Assembly: GCA_963801355.1 (NCBI GenBank)
Contig: CAWDEM010000008.1
Coordinates: 1,344,001-1,408,000, forward strand
Reading direction: 5' to 3'
DNA: 64,000 bases
Source: Ignavibacteriota bacterium
GTDB lineage: Bacteria; Bacteroidota; Ignavibacteria; UBA10030; UBA6906
The position numbers and the translations under genes are program-made. The notes under the pieces were generated by a model that saw only the letters and a list, made by a program, of their open reading frames with translations, made no database searches and had not been told where the DNA came from. Of the stretch, positions 38,415-47,798 are shown one piece after another (position 1 is the stretch's first letter; every line of letters starts with the position of its first letter).

Positions 38415-40250
38415 ATGAAGTTCCGCAATAAGATATTACTCTCCATCTGGGGGGTGGTTGTCAGCCTTCTGATCATCACCTTCTTCTTCATCAACTACTG
38501 GATGCGCGCAAGGATTGAGGAATCATCGTTACGGGAACTCCACACGGGCTACTCCACAGTGTCAGTGCACGAGCAGCTTCAAGCCGCGCAGCTCATCCGT
38601 GCTTGCAATGTCATTGCGGAGTCCCCCAGGCTGCGCGCTGTCGCCGAACTCGGCGACGTCAGAACGGCGTATCAGCTGATGAAGGATTTGTACCCGACAA
38701 CACTCGGCCAGGTCATGGTGCTCACGGACCGGCAACGCCGTCCGCTGGTCAAGCTCCTTCGCGGGAGGAACGATGAGTGGGACATCCCCGGTACCAGGAT
38801 CATCGACAGCGCCGCCGCTCTCATCCCCTCGATCGATGTCTGGCCGATCCTGGGAAAGATCTACCGTGTCGTCTCTGTACCCATCCTGGTGGAGTCTGAA
38901 CTCGTGGGCACACTCACACTCGGGTTCGAGATCACTCCTCAGGATATCGCGGTGCTCAAACGCGCAACGAACAGCGATATCGTGCTGGTCAATGAGAGTT
39001 CCACTGTGCTTTCCACTCTCGATTCCGCAGAAGCGGCGGCGTTGCTTCCCGCCATTGCATCGCTCCATGGGCGCCCTCTGACTGCCGCCGAAGACACCAC
39101 TGCCACGGCCGTCACGCTTGCCACCCAAAACGAAACGTACCTGGGCACGAGGCTCCTGCTGAACCCGGCGGCGTCAGCCGAGTCGTTGAAGGTGTTCTAC
39201 CTCCTTCTCAAGCCGGTCAGCCTCGAAGTCCGGCACACCATGGCATCAATTCTCGGCACATTCGGCATCGTCTCCACGGTCTTCCTCGTCCTCACCACAA
39301 TCGTCGGTCTTGTGATTTCCCGTAGCCTGACGAGATCCATCTCAGAGCTGGTAAGGGGAACGACAGAGATCGATACCGGGAACTACGATTTCGTCATCCG
39401 GACGCGCGGCAAGGATGAGCTTGCGCTTCTCGCCCGGAAATTCATGAGCATGAGCGCATCGCTCAAAGAAAAGATCTCGGAGCTCGGCAGGCTGAATCAG
39501 GATCTCCTTGAGAGAAACAAAGACCTCGACGAGACACTCCGCAAGCTCCAATCGGCACAGGAGGACTTGATCAGAAGTGAACGTCTGGCGGCGACCGGCA
39601 GGATGACCGCCCAACTGGCGCACGAGATCAACAATCCAATCCACAACATCCAGAGCTGCCTGACCACCGCCCTGAACCGGCTCCCGCACGATATCAAAGG
39701 CCGGGATCTCATTGACACGGCGTATGGCGAGGTCAGCCGGCTTTCACGGCTGACCGGCCAGATGCTTAATTTCTATCGTGGCACGGTCGTGCAGGACGAG
39801 CGGAAGCCCATCAACGTAAACGATCTCCTCGCCGAGGTTATTGCATTGACGAGTGGTGAGCTGACGAATTCCCACATCACACTCTTCACGGAAATCGAAC
39901 CGCAGCTGCCCCTCATCTCCGGTTCGCGGGACAAGATGAAGCAGGTGTTGTTGAACCTGATTACGAATGCACACGACGCCATGCCGGAGTCGGGCCGTCT
40001 CGACATCATCGCCCGAGCAGATCAGGGCTCTCTCCGCATGACCGTGAAGGATAATGGCACGGGCATTGCCAGGGAGCATCTGCCGCGTATCTTCGATGCC
40101 TTCTTCACGACAAAGAAGAAGGTGAGCGGGGTCGGGCTGGGGCTCTCCGTGTGCTACGGGATCGTGAGCCAGCATCGTGGCTCCATGGAAGTGGACAGCA
40201 CGCCGGGGAAGGGATCGGCCTTCACCGTTATTCTACCAATTGAGAGCTGA
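38415..40250 (+). CDS. Sensor histidine kinase (2 TM, periplasmic sensor, HAMP, HisKA, HATPase)
   Basis: LAHEINNP, NLITNAHDA, DNGTGI, FFTTK, GVGLGL. Confidence 0.95.
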   Translation: MKFRNKILLSIWGVVVSLLIITFFFINYWMRARIEESSLRELHTGYSTVSVHEQLQAAQLIRACNVIAESPRLRAVAELGDVRTAYQLMKDLYPTTLGQVMVLTDRQRRPLVKLLRGRNDEWDIPGTRIIDSAAALIPSIDVWPILGKIYRVVSVPILVESELVGTLTLGFEITPQDIAVLKRATNSDIVLVNESSTVLSTLDSAEAAALLPAIASLHGRPLTAAEDTTATAVTLATQNETYLGTRLLLNPAASAESLKVFYLLLKPVSLEVRHTMASILGTFGIVSTVFLVLTTIVGLVISRSLTRSISELVRGTTEIDTGNYDFVIRTRGKDELALLARKFMSMSASLKEKISELGRLNQDLLERNKDLDETLRKLQSAQEDLIRSERLAATGRMTAQLAHEINNPIHNIQSCLTTALNRLPHDIKGRDLIDTAYGEVSRLSRLTGQMLNFYRGTVVQDERKPINVNDLLAEVIALTSGELTNSHITLFTEIEPQLPLISGSRDKMKQVLLNLITNAHDAMPESGRLDIIARADQGSLRMTVKDNGTGIAREHLPRIFDAFFTTKKKVSGVGLGLSVCYGIVSQHRGSMEVDSTPGKGSAFTVILPIES

Positions 40251-40253
40251 ACC

Positions 40254-41663
40254 ATGACGCGACAGGTGAAACCACGAGTCCTCATTGTCGACGACGACCT
40301 GGCATTCAGAGTCGGCACTCTGGCGTTGCTGGAAGACCATGCGTTTGAAGTTGCGATCGCCGTCAACGGAGAGCAAGCGAAACAGAAGCTTTCCGAGCAG
40401 GAATTCGATATCGTGCTGACGGATCTCGTCATGCCCGGCATCAACGGCCTGGATCTGTTGAAACACATCAAGAGCAGCCAGCCGGACATTCCGGTCATCA
40501 TGGTCACCGGATTCGCGTCGATCGGCACCGCAGTCGAGGCAATGCGTCTCGGCGCGCTGGACTACGTGACCAAACCGTGCGAGAATGATGAACTCCTTAT
40601 CAAACTGCGGAGAGCGCTCGACGATCGAAAGAAGGACCGGGAGCTGAGGGAACTACGCCAGGAATTGCACAGCTCCTTCGGTTTCGGGGACATGGTGAGC
40701 CACAGCCCCGTCATGAGGGAGGTATTCCGGCAGATCCAACAGGTGACCGATACCGACCTCACGGTTCTCATCCGCGGAGAGAGCGGAACAGGAAAAGAGC
40801 TTGTGGCCAGAGCCTTGCACGCCAACAGCCGGCGCAGGGCTAACCCGTTCGTTGCCGTGAATTGCTCGGCGATCCCGGAAGGACTGCTGGAGAGCGAGTT
40901 GTTCGGTTACGAGAAGGGTGCATTTACCGGAGCTACCCGGCAGCACCTGGGGAAGTTCGAGGAGGCGCACACCGGGACTCTGTTTCTCGACGAAATCGGA
41001 GACACATCCGCTCTGGTTCAGAAGAAACTGCTGCGCGTGCTGCAGGAAAAGACCATCGAGCGGGTCGGAGGACAGGGATCGATTGCCGTCGAAACCCGTG
41101 TGGTCGCCGCCACCAACCGGAACCTGGAAGCCATGATGCTTCAGGGAGAATTCCGGGAAGATCTGTTCTACCGGCTCAATGTGTTCCCCATTTCCATACC
41201 CCCTCTCCGGAATAGGCTCGAAGATATCCCGATGCTGGCGGAGGAGATGATACGCCGCCATGCCCCCCTGGTCGATGGCAGGGTGCGGTTCATTGCTCCG
41301 ACGGTCATCAGCGACATGATGCGCTACAGCTGGCGTGGGAATATCCGTGAGCTCGAGAATCTGATCAAACGCGCGATGATCATGACACCCGGAGACACGA
41401 TCACCTCGGTGGATCTCCGGGCTTCCGACGGATCTCCTGCGCAAGAGCCTGCCAAAGAACTCGCGTCAGTCGATATGACCACGCCGTACAAAGACTATCT
41501 CTCCGCGATCATCCGCTATGCAGAGGAAACATATCTTGTGCGGATGCTGCAACTGCATACAGGCAACATCAACCAGATCGCAAAGCTCATGTCGATCGAC
41601 CGAAGGACTGTCTACAGAAAGATGGCCGAGTACAACATCGACCCCGCGTCCTACCGCGCCTAA
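40254..41663 (+). CDS. Sigma54-dependent response regulator (NtrC/AtoC family)
   Basis: Receiver domain (VDDD, TDLVMP), [38 protein letters not shown] and a Fis-type HTH. Confidence 0.96.
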   Translation: MTRQVKPRVLIVDDDLAFRVGTLALLEDHAFEVAIAVNGEQAKQKLSEQEFDIVLTDLVMPGINGLDLLKHIKSSQPDIPVIMVTGFASIGTAVEAMRLGALDYVTKPCENDELLIKLRRALDDRKKDRELRELRQELHSSFGFGDMVSHSPVMREVFRQIQQVTDTDLTVLIRGESGTGKELVARALHANSRRRANPFVAVNCSAIPEGLLESELFGYEKGAFTGATRQHLGKFEEAHTGTLFLDEIGDTSALVQKKLLRVLQEKTIERVGGQGSIAVETRVVAATNRNLEAMMLQGEFREDLFYRLNVFPISIPPLRNRLEDIPMLAEEMIRRHAPLVDGRVRFIAPTVISDMMRYSWRGNIRELENLIKRAMIMTPGDTITSVDLRASDGSPAQEPAKELASVDMTTPYKDYLSAIIRYAEETYLVRMLQLHTGNINQIAKLMSIDRRTVYRKMAEYNIDPASYRA

Positions 41664-41665
41664 GG

Positions 41666-41710
41666 CACAATCAGGCTGCACAACCAATCCCGGCTGTGCA
41701 GCCAATTGTG
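41666..41710. terminator. Hairpin between convergent genes
   Basis: CACAAT-ca-GGCTGCACA...TGTGCAGCC-a-ATTGTG, with no clear U-tract. Confidence 0.55.
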
Positions 41711-41742
41711 GACCGGCACGCGGGAGATTCCCTGCGCGCCCA

Positions 41743-42141
41743 TCATTGCACGATCACCGTCCCTTTCATCCCCATGCTCGCATGATAGGTGCAATTGTAC
41801 GGGAATGTCCCCTTCGTTCCGAAGGTTGTTGTCTTGGAGCTGCCGGCAGGGATATTGCCGGTGTCCCAGACACCCGAATCACTCGTGGACGTGTGTGCAA
41901 CGCCGTCATTGTTCGACCACGTCACCGTCGTGCCTACCGCCACAGTGAGCGTCGCCGGTGTGAACACCATGCCATACATCTGTACCGTGTTGACCGGGAT
42001 GCTGCCCGGATTGTTGGCGGGTGGCGGGCTTGTGGTGCCGTACCCGTTAGGATCGGTTGAATAGTCGCTGCTGCAGCCGACTACGACGAGGCTGACGGCG
42101 AGGAATGCAACCAGTGCTGCTGCTGACAAGTGGGTTCGCAT
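41743..42141 (-). CDS. Cupredoxin (amicyanin/plastocyanin-like) lipoprotein
   Basis: AAGGAG upstream of ATG 42141. Lipobox VVG|C, FTPATLTVAVGTTVTWxNxDxxxH and YNCTYHASMGM. Confidence 0.9.
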   Translation of the reverse strand: MRTHLSAAALVAFLAVSLVVVGCSSDYSTDPNGYGTTSPPPANNPGSIPVNTVQMYGMVFTPATLTVAVGTTVTWSNNDGVAHTSTSDSGVWDTGNIPAGSSKTTTFGTKGTFPYNCTYHASMGMKGTVIVQ

Positions 42142-42192
42142 GACGCAACTCCTTAATTTGATTGATGGATGATTGTATCTGCGACCGTACAG

Positions 42193-42208
42193 TACAATCC
42201 CCATGCCA
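42193..42208 (-). promoter_or_regulatory. Sigma54-like promoter for the cupredoxin gene
   Basis: Minus strand TGGCAT-GGGGA-TTGTA (the -12 box is a GT variant), about 50 bp before the ATG. Confidence 0.6.
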
Positions 42209-42280
42209 GTGTCAGGCGATGAGTCGAAACGCACATCTGGGACCAAACGGAGGACATTCTCACGGATGCATGCACAGAGC

Positions 42281-42340
42281 GCGACATGGAAGCCACATGC
42301 CCGTCCCGACGGCTTCATGGGTGTGTGGCAGTGGTGCCAC
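42281..42340. promoter_or_regulatory. Paired putative enhancer sites, 44 bp apart
   Basis: gcgaca-tgga-agccac (42281-42296) and the perfect palindrome gtggca-gtgg-tgccac (42325-42340). Confidence 0.62.
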
Positions 42341-42458
42341 GACTGCCGGGGCATTCGTCTCCGGAATGTTGCAGGTATGCCGGTCGAGCGGCGATGCTGA
42401 GAGGAACCTATGCGCAGATGAAGCAGTTAGGAAGGAACACTATGGCAGGCGAGCTTCT

Positions 42459-43526
42459 TCACAATGCGGGTTGAACGTAGAAATACGGGGCGTCCATTGT
42501 AGCCATTCCGACCTGCGACTTGCCTCCTTTGAGGTAACTCCCGTATGGGACCGTGCGCGCTTCTCCCCCTCCGTACCCTTCATACCACATATAGTACCGG
42601 CCGTTGACCGGCTCGACTGTGGTAAACCAGATAGCCCCTTCATCCCATTGGCCCTTCTCTCCCCGGCTGAATATGGGGTTCCGGGGATACTTCTTCCAAT
42701 CAATGAGGTCCTTCGACGTGGCAAGCCCGGAATTGAACGGGTAGTCCTTGTTCCGGTCAGAACCACAATAGATCATGTAGTACAGTCCGCCCTCCGAAAA
42801 AATGCGCGGGGTTTCAACAGTATAGCTGTCCCAGGATCCTTCAGGTCCGACGGAGAGCGCCAACGAATTTGCAGGCTCGTCGAAATGAGAGCCGTCCGGT
42901 GAGGTGGCATAATGTATCTGGAAGCCGTTCTTTCCGGGGACCTGCTTCCAGAAGTACAGATAAAACGAACCATCACGGAAGACCACTTCCGGAGCGCCAC
43001 CGATGACAACGGGGTTGGACGTATATTTAGTGAAATGCACTCCATCATCGGAGACAGCAAGGCAGATTGCCCGATCCGCACGTGGACTGCAGCCGGTGTA
43101 GTACAGAAAAACCTTCCCCTCGTGCAGGATGGCGGCCGGGTCGAGAGCGTGCGATTGGTCCCATGAACCCGGCGGACCGACGTCGATGACCGGTTCGGCA
43201 TTAATTTCCCAGGTAAAGCCATCGAAGCGATCCCGGGGAATCGTTGCGACGCCGATGCGGTCATGCCCGCCCAGTTGGCCCCTGAAGTACATGAAGTACT
43301 TTTCCCCGTTCAGGAGCAGATCCGGATTAGCGGTCTGGGACTCGCGCCATGTGCCGGCCGCCGCAGGAAACACGGGGTTTCCGGAATAACGGGACCAGAC
43401 AAATTTCACTGAATCCTGGGCTGAACGTTGTGCCTCCGGGTTTCCGCAGGAGGAGCACGTCAGAACACAAAGAACCCAGGCAATGACGCAGGAAGACGCA
43501 TTATTTCGCAAGGGCACGTACCTCAT
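42459..43526 (-). CDS. Five-bladed beta-propeller glycosidase-like lipoprotein
   Basis: Lipobox-like CSS|C, repeated GxAxSxDGxxFxKxxxNPV and GSWD...P. Start is uncertain. Confidence 0.72.
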   Translation of the reverse strand: MRYVPLRNNASSCVIAWVLCVLTCSSCGNPEAQRSAQDSVKFVWSRYSGNPVFPAAAGTWRESQTANPDLLLNGEKYFMYFRGQLGGHDRIGVATIPRDRFDGFTWEINAEPVIDVGPPGSWDQSHALDPAAILHEGKVFLYYTGCSPRADRAICLAVSDDGVHFTKYTSNPVVIGGAPEVVFRDGSFYLYFWKQVPGKNGFQIHYATSPDGSHFDEPANSLALSVGPEGSWDSYTVETPRIFSEGGLYYMIYCGSDRNKDYPFNSGLATSKDLIDWKKYPRNPIFSRGEKGQWDEGAIWFTTVEPVNGRYYMWYEGYGGGEARTVPYGSYLKGGKSQVGMATMDAPYFYVQPAL

Positions 43527-44739
43527 GCAGTAACCGCGTGATCTCATCTTCGGTGGTGTAGAGAGAGACCCCCACCCGTGTTACGCCACCCCGGTCGAGC
43601 AGACCCATCACCTCCATCGGACGAATAGCGTAGAAGTGTCCGTCCCAGGTGCAGATGCCATGGCGTGCAAGGTGCGCGCTGACATCGGTGGACGTATGCC
43701 CTTCCAATGTGAAGGAGACCGTGGGGCACCGCTGCGGAACGTCGAACGACTGGCCGTACACGGTAACCCCCGGAATCTCCATGAGACCATGATAGAGCAA
43801 TGAACCGAGCGCATGCTCATGAACGCCAAGGCGATTCATGCCGTCGCACACTCGTGACCGGAGATCCGGGCCTTCGCCGAGCCCGGCGACGTATTCCACA
43901 GCTGCCTTGACGCCTGCGATGGCGGCGTGATTGAGAGTCCCCGTCTCGATCCTGTACGGTGCGCGCTGGTCCTGCGTGCGAAGCCGGTCCGTATCGAGAC
44001 TGCCAAGGAGTCCTTCACGCGCATACATGATTCCGACGTGCGGGCCGTAAAACTTGTAGGCCGAACAAATCAGGAAGTCAACGTCCATGGCCATGACATC
44101 GACGGCAAAGTGCGGGGCATAATGTACTGCGTCGACCATCAGCAATGCGCCTACCTCCGCGGTGGCTTTCCGTATACGGCGGATATCGTTGACCGTCCCG
44201 AATGCATTCGACGCGAGTCCCATCGCGACGAGTTTTGTGCGGGCATTGATATTCGAAACGAAGTTGTCGTAGTCGAGAGTCGCATCGCGGCGGACCGCCG
44301 CCTCGCGAACAAGGATGCCCTGACTCCGCAGCGCCAGCCAGGGACCGCGATTCGCTTCATGGTCCAGCTCGGTGATGACGATCTCATCCCCGGGCTGAAG
44401 GCGGCGGCCGATGGCTCTGCTGAGCGAAAACGTGAGGGTCGTCATGTTGGCACCGAACGAAATCGTCGTTTCGCCTCCTGCGCCAAGGTATGCGGCGACT
44501 GCCTGCCTCGTCTCCTCCAGCATCCCGTCCGATTCGACGGCCGTGACGAACTGCCCGTGTGTGTTGGCGTTGCATGTTGTATAGTAGTGCGCGATGGCGT
44601 CGATCACCTGCCTGGGGATCTGGGTACCGGCCGGACCGTCGAGGTAGACGAGCGGAATCCCGTCGTACATTCGCTGGAGCGACGGAAAGTCCGCACGCTT
44701 TGCTGCGAGTAATTGTGGGGTGGAATCAGTCGCACTCAT
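43501..44739 (-). CDS. Cysteine desulfurase-like class V PLP enzyme
   Basis: YLDGPAGTQ, LDHEAN, VDAVHYAPH, SAYKFYGPH, ETGT. Reads GHFYA where SufS has GHHCA. Confidence 0.88.
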   Translation of the reverse strand: MSATDSTPQLLAAKRADFPSLQRMYDGIPLVYLDGPAGTQIPRQVIDAIAHYYTTCNANTHGQFVTAVESDGMLEETRQAVAAYLGAGGETTISFGANMTTLTFSLSRAIGRRLQPGDEIVITELDHEANRGPWLALRSQGILVREAAVRRDATLDYDNFVSNINARTKLVAMGLASNAFGTVNDIRRIRKATAEVGALLMVDAVHYAPHFAVDVMAMDVDFLICSAYKFYGPHVGIMYAREGLLGSLDTDRLRTQDQRAPYRIETGTLNHAAIAGVKAAVEYVAGLGEGPDLRSRVCDGMNRLGVHEHALGSLLYHGLMEIPGVTVYGQSFDVPQRCPTVSFTLEGHTSTDVSAHLARHGICTWDGHFYAIRPMEVMGLLDRGGVTRVGVSLYTTEDEITRLLHEVRALAK

Positions 44740-44826
44740 AGTTCCGTGAGTCTCCAGGGTTCGCACATGGTGTGAGCGGGTCGCCGCCATTGCGACGACC
44801 GGTGGTTCTGCTGCAGTACCGCACCA

Positions 44827-46428
44827 TCACCGCGCCTCGCCCAGAGGTTCCCACTCGCCGAAAGCCTCGATTTCCAGCCTCACCTGTGGGTCGGTCTGGT
44901 AGCTTTCATGAGAGTTATAGTACCACCCCAGGTATTCTGATCCACCGCCGCTGCGCGTGGTGATCAAGAACCGGTTCGGCAGATGCCCGATATTCATCGC
45001 ACGGTCTCGCGCCAGTGGCTTGTCTCCCCCCTGTGGATCAATGGGAACCCAGCCGTAGTTCGGGAGGTACACCTCCGGCCACCGGTGAAACACTTCGTCG
45101 TAACTCGCATCATCTCCGCGCACGACAATAGCCCCCACATAACGCGCGGGCAGTCCTGCCGCCCGGCAGAGAGAAATGAAACTGAACGTGTACTCGGAAC
45201 AGGAACCGGTTCCCCGCTGCAGGACCACCGGTGCCGCATTCCAGCCGCCCTCGAGCTTGTATTCCAGTCGTGTGCGAACCGAATCGAAAATCCTTCGCGC
45301 AATCCAGTACGGGTTCCTCTCATTCCCGACAACCCTCTTCACCATCTCCTGGATGAACGGATCCTCGATCTGGTACTTGCTGTCATTGGCTGTATACAGC
45401 TTCCGAACGTCCGCCGGAATATCTGCAAGGCTCCCGCACCGCTCCGGGAAAATATAATGGTTGATCCCCGAGATTCGTGCTTCGACATTCATGAACGAAC
45501 TGAGCGTTGCTCCGGCAGGTTTGTTCCTATAGATGAATTGGGCACACTCCTGCGACCACCGGTCCGTGACCCTACCGGCCGGAGTGGGAGCAAACGTCAC
45601 CCGCAGAATTTCCTGCTGCGGCATCGACACCGGCACAGCGATCGACACGGTGAGTTCCTGGAGCCGTCCCTTACCGATCACCTTCGCCTCGTGCTGAAAG
45701 GTCGTTCGATATGTCTTCGTGTTCTCAATCCTGAAGAGCTCGTTGTCCTGGCGCACCATTTGAAAGAGCGAATCTTTCTGATAGTCGACGGCCCAGACGT
45801 GCTCTCCGTCGTACGCCAGTCCACGCGGATACGGCCCAGGGGATTTCAGGATAATGATCACTTCGCCGCTCCGGGGATCGAGCATATAGATTTCATCCGT
45901 CATCCTATCGGAGCACCAGAGGTATGTGCCATCGAAAACAAGGCCTTGCGCCGATTGTGCCGGCACGGGGAACGATTGTACTGCTGTCCCGTCACTCAGA
46001 TCCACCTTCATGATGGATTTCTCCGCGAGATCAGACACCCAGAGGGTAGTCCCGTCCCATGCAAGGGCCTCCGGGCTCCCGCCAGGGGCATCAATCGTGG
46101 TCAAAATAACTCCATCCTTGGGGTCGACCTTGAAAATCTTCTTCTGGTGGGAATCGACATTCCAGAGGTATTTGCCGTCCCAGGCGAGGCCCATCGGCCA
46201 GAAGCCCGGCGAAGGTATTTCACGCAACACCGATCCGTCGACGGGGCTGACGCACACAAGTTTGTCCTGCTTGTGATCCGCCACCCAGAGGCTCGTGCCG
46301 TCGAACGTGAGCCCTGTCGAACAGGAATACGGAGCCTTCACGGCCCTGAGGACTTTCCCTGGATATGACCATGCAGGATTGGAGAGGACCGGAAGAAGAA
46401 GAACCAGCATCAGGCGGGTAACACGCAT
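44827..46428 (-). CDS. Secreted beta-propeller plus transglutaminase-like domain protein
   Basis: Signal peptide, five GLA(W/F/Y)DGxxLWxxD repeats, and a Cys/His/Asp triad (GSCSEY...HRWPEVYLPNYGWVPIDP). Confidence 0.87.
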   Translation of the reverse strand: MRVTRLMLVLLLPVLSNPAWSYPGKVLRAVKAPYSCSTGLTFDGTSLWVADHKQDKLVCVSPVDGSVLREIPSPGFWPMGLAWDGKYLWNVDSHQKKIFKVDPKDGVILTTIDAPGGSPEALAWDGTTLWVSDLAEKSIMKVDLSDGTAVQSFPVPAQSAQGLVFDGTYLWCSDRMTDEIYMLDPRSGEVIIILKSPGPYPRGLAYDGEHVWAVDYQKDSLFQMVRQDNELFRIENTKTYRTTFQHEAKVIGKGRLQELTVSIAVPVSMPQQEILRVTFAPTPAGRVTDRWSQECAQFIYRNKPAGATLSSFMNVEARISGINHYIFPERCGSLADIPADVRKLYTANDSKYQIEDPFIQEMVKRVVGNERNPYWIARRIFDSVRTRLEYKLEGGWNAAPVVLQRGTGSCSEYTFSFISLCRAAGLPARYVGAIVVRGDDASYDEVFHRWPEVYLPNYGWVPIDPQGGDKPLARDRAMNIGHLPNRFLITTRSGGGSEYLGWYYNSHESYQTDPQVRLEIEAFGEWEPLGEAR

Positions 46429-46472
46429 AGCGTACCTCCCGGATGTAAGGAAACATCAACCTGTCGCCGGCC

Positions 46473-46715
46473 TTACTTCGCCAGCCGGTTGGGCTCATTC
46501 GCAAACCATTGAATTTGTCCGCACGAGGTGCATGCCAGCACTGCGGCGGTTTTGTTTGCCCACTCCACACCGAAAAATGTCATTCCCGGGGTATTGAGCA
46601 GAATTGCGCGATGTTCGAAGATCTTCTTGCCGCAATGGGGACATTTCACCTGTTTGCCTCCCGCCTCAAACGCCGATGGCGTTTTTTCCTGTTTGGTGGA
46701 ATCAAATATTTTCAT
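46473..46715 (-). CDS. Small zinc-ribbon protein
   Basis: CPHC...LNTPGMTFFGVEWAN...CTSC. Start ATG 46715 is inferred. Confidence 0.72.
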   Translation of the reverse strand: MKIFDSTKQEKTPSAFEAGGKQVKCPHCGKKIFEHRAILLNTPGMTFFGVEWANKTAAVLACTSCGQIQWFANEPNRLAK

Positions 46716-46735
46716 TTTGATACCCGGAGATGTTG

Positions 46736-47236
46736 TTAGTTCGACGACTTCTGAGTTCTGCCAATACCGGAATCGTGCGTGTATATCAATTTCCATTGAC
46801 CCGCGATGTTCTTAAAGACAAGGGTATAGGCGTGCGGATCGCATACGTATTTCTCTCCCGATTTCCACAGGGCCTCATCCTTGCCAAGCCAGGAGCAGAT
46901 TACTATGTCCCGTGTAACTAATGGGAAGTCCCGGCGAGTGGTGGTCCATGTGTAGCTGGCTGCAGAGTTCTTGAACGCAGCCATAACCTCTTTGTGGGTC
47001 TGAAAATCACGACGCGTGCCCTGAGCATTGAAGTAAACCCAGGCTTGCGAGTCCTCGAAGTACTGGAGGGCTTCTTCCGGATTCACCTGTTCCCATTTGG
47101 CCCAGATACTGTCAGCCACGACCGTGACTTCTTTCGTGATCCGGTCACTTTGTTGTGGGTCCAGTTGGCCGCTCTCCTGCGGAGTACAGCCATTGCAATT
47201 GAGGAGCAGAGCTGCGATGAACACGTATGTCTTCAT
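46736..47236 (-). CDS. SnoaL/NTF2-like exported (lipo)protein
   Basis: Signal with CNG|C and C-terminal YTLVFxxxxGQWKLIYTHDS. Confidence 0.75.
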   Translation of the reverse strand: MKTYVFIAALLLNCNGCTPQESGQLDPQQSDRITKEVTVVADSIWAKWEQVNPEEALQYFEDSQAWVYFNAQGTRRDFQTHKEVMAAFKNSAASYTWTTTRRDFPLVTRDIVICSWLGKDEALWKSGEKYVCDPHAYTLVFKNIAGQWKLIYTHDSGIGRTQKSSN

Positions 47237-47453
47237 ATTGGCCTGCGCAAGATTGTCCCACGGATGGACACGAACCCTGAATAGGCCGGAACGGAGATGA
47301 TCGACCTATGGCGAAATAGTACAGAAGCGGAACACCAATATCAACTACTCACAACTATCTCGCGTGCAACGTTGGCAAGGCTGGGCAAATAGCACATCGT
47401 CCTGCCGATTTTCAGGTGCAGGCAAATAGTGGGGGATTTTCTTATCTTACCGC

Positions 47454-47798
47454 ATGAATGCGAAGCCCCGGAACGGAAAGCTCAGGAGCAAATGCCTGCC
47501 CCGACAACTGCAGCCATTTTTCTGGGATCGCGAATTCCGCAATCTCTCGATGAATTCCGACACCGACTTCATCGTGGGTCGTTTGCTCGCAGAAGGCGAC
47601 TGGGACTCAATCCGGTGGCTGCGTCGTAGCGTGGGAAACACAGCGCTGCGCGATTGGTTCAATCGACACTCGGGCGCAGGTCTTTCCCCGCGTAGCTTGC
47701 GATTCTGGGAACTTGTGCTGGGGCTCGATCGCAACAGAGTGAATCTCTGGATCTCACGGCAGATGGAGAACCCTTGGCATCGAAGAACCGGCGCATAG
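47454..47798 (+). CDS. DUF6922-like putative antitoxin
   Basis: LxPFFWD...FIVGRLLxEGDxxxIRWL...LSPRSLRFW. Overlaps the downstream nucleotidyltransferase gene. Confidence 0.75.
   Translation: MNAKPRNGKLRSKCLPRQLQPFFWDREFRNLSMNSDTDFIVGRLLAEGDWDSIRWLRRSVGNTALRDWFNRHSGAGLSPRSLRFWELVLGLDRNRVNLWISRQMENPWHRRTGA

Noticed and set aside
43501-44739. Calling this gene sufS/iscS, or a pseudogene for lacking the catalytic Cys
   Set aside because: The frame is intact, and the GHFYA variant fits a known desulfurase-like subfamily without that Cys. No suf or isc genes are nearby.
44983-46368. 461-aa plus-strand ORF
   Set aside because: Antisense shadow of the transglutaminase gene, with no recognisable motifs.
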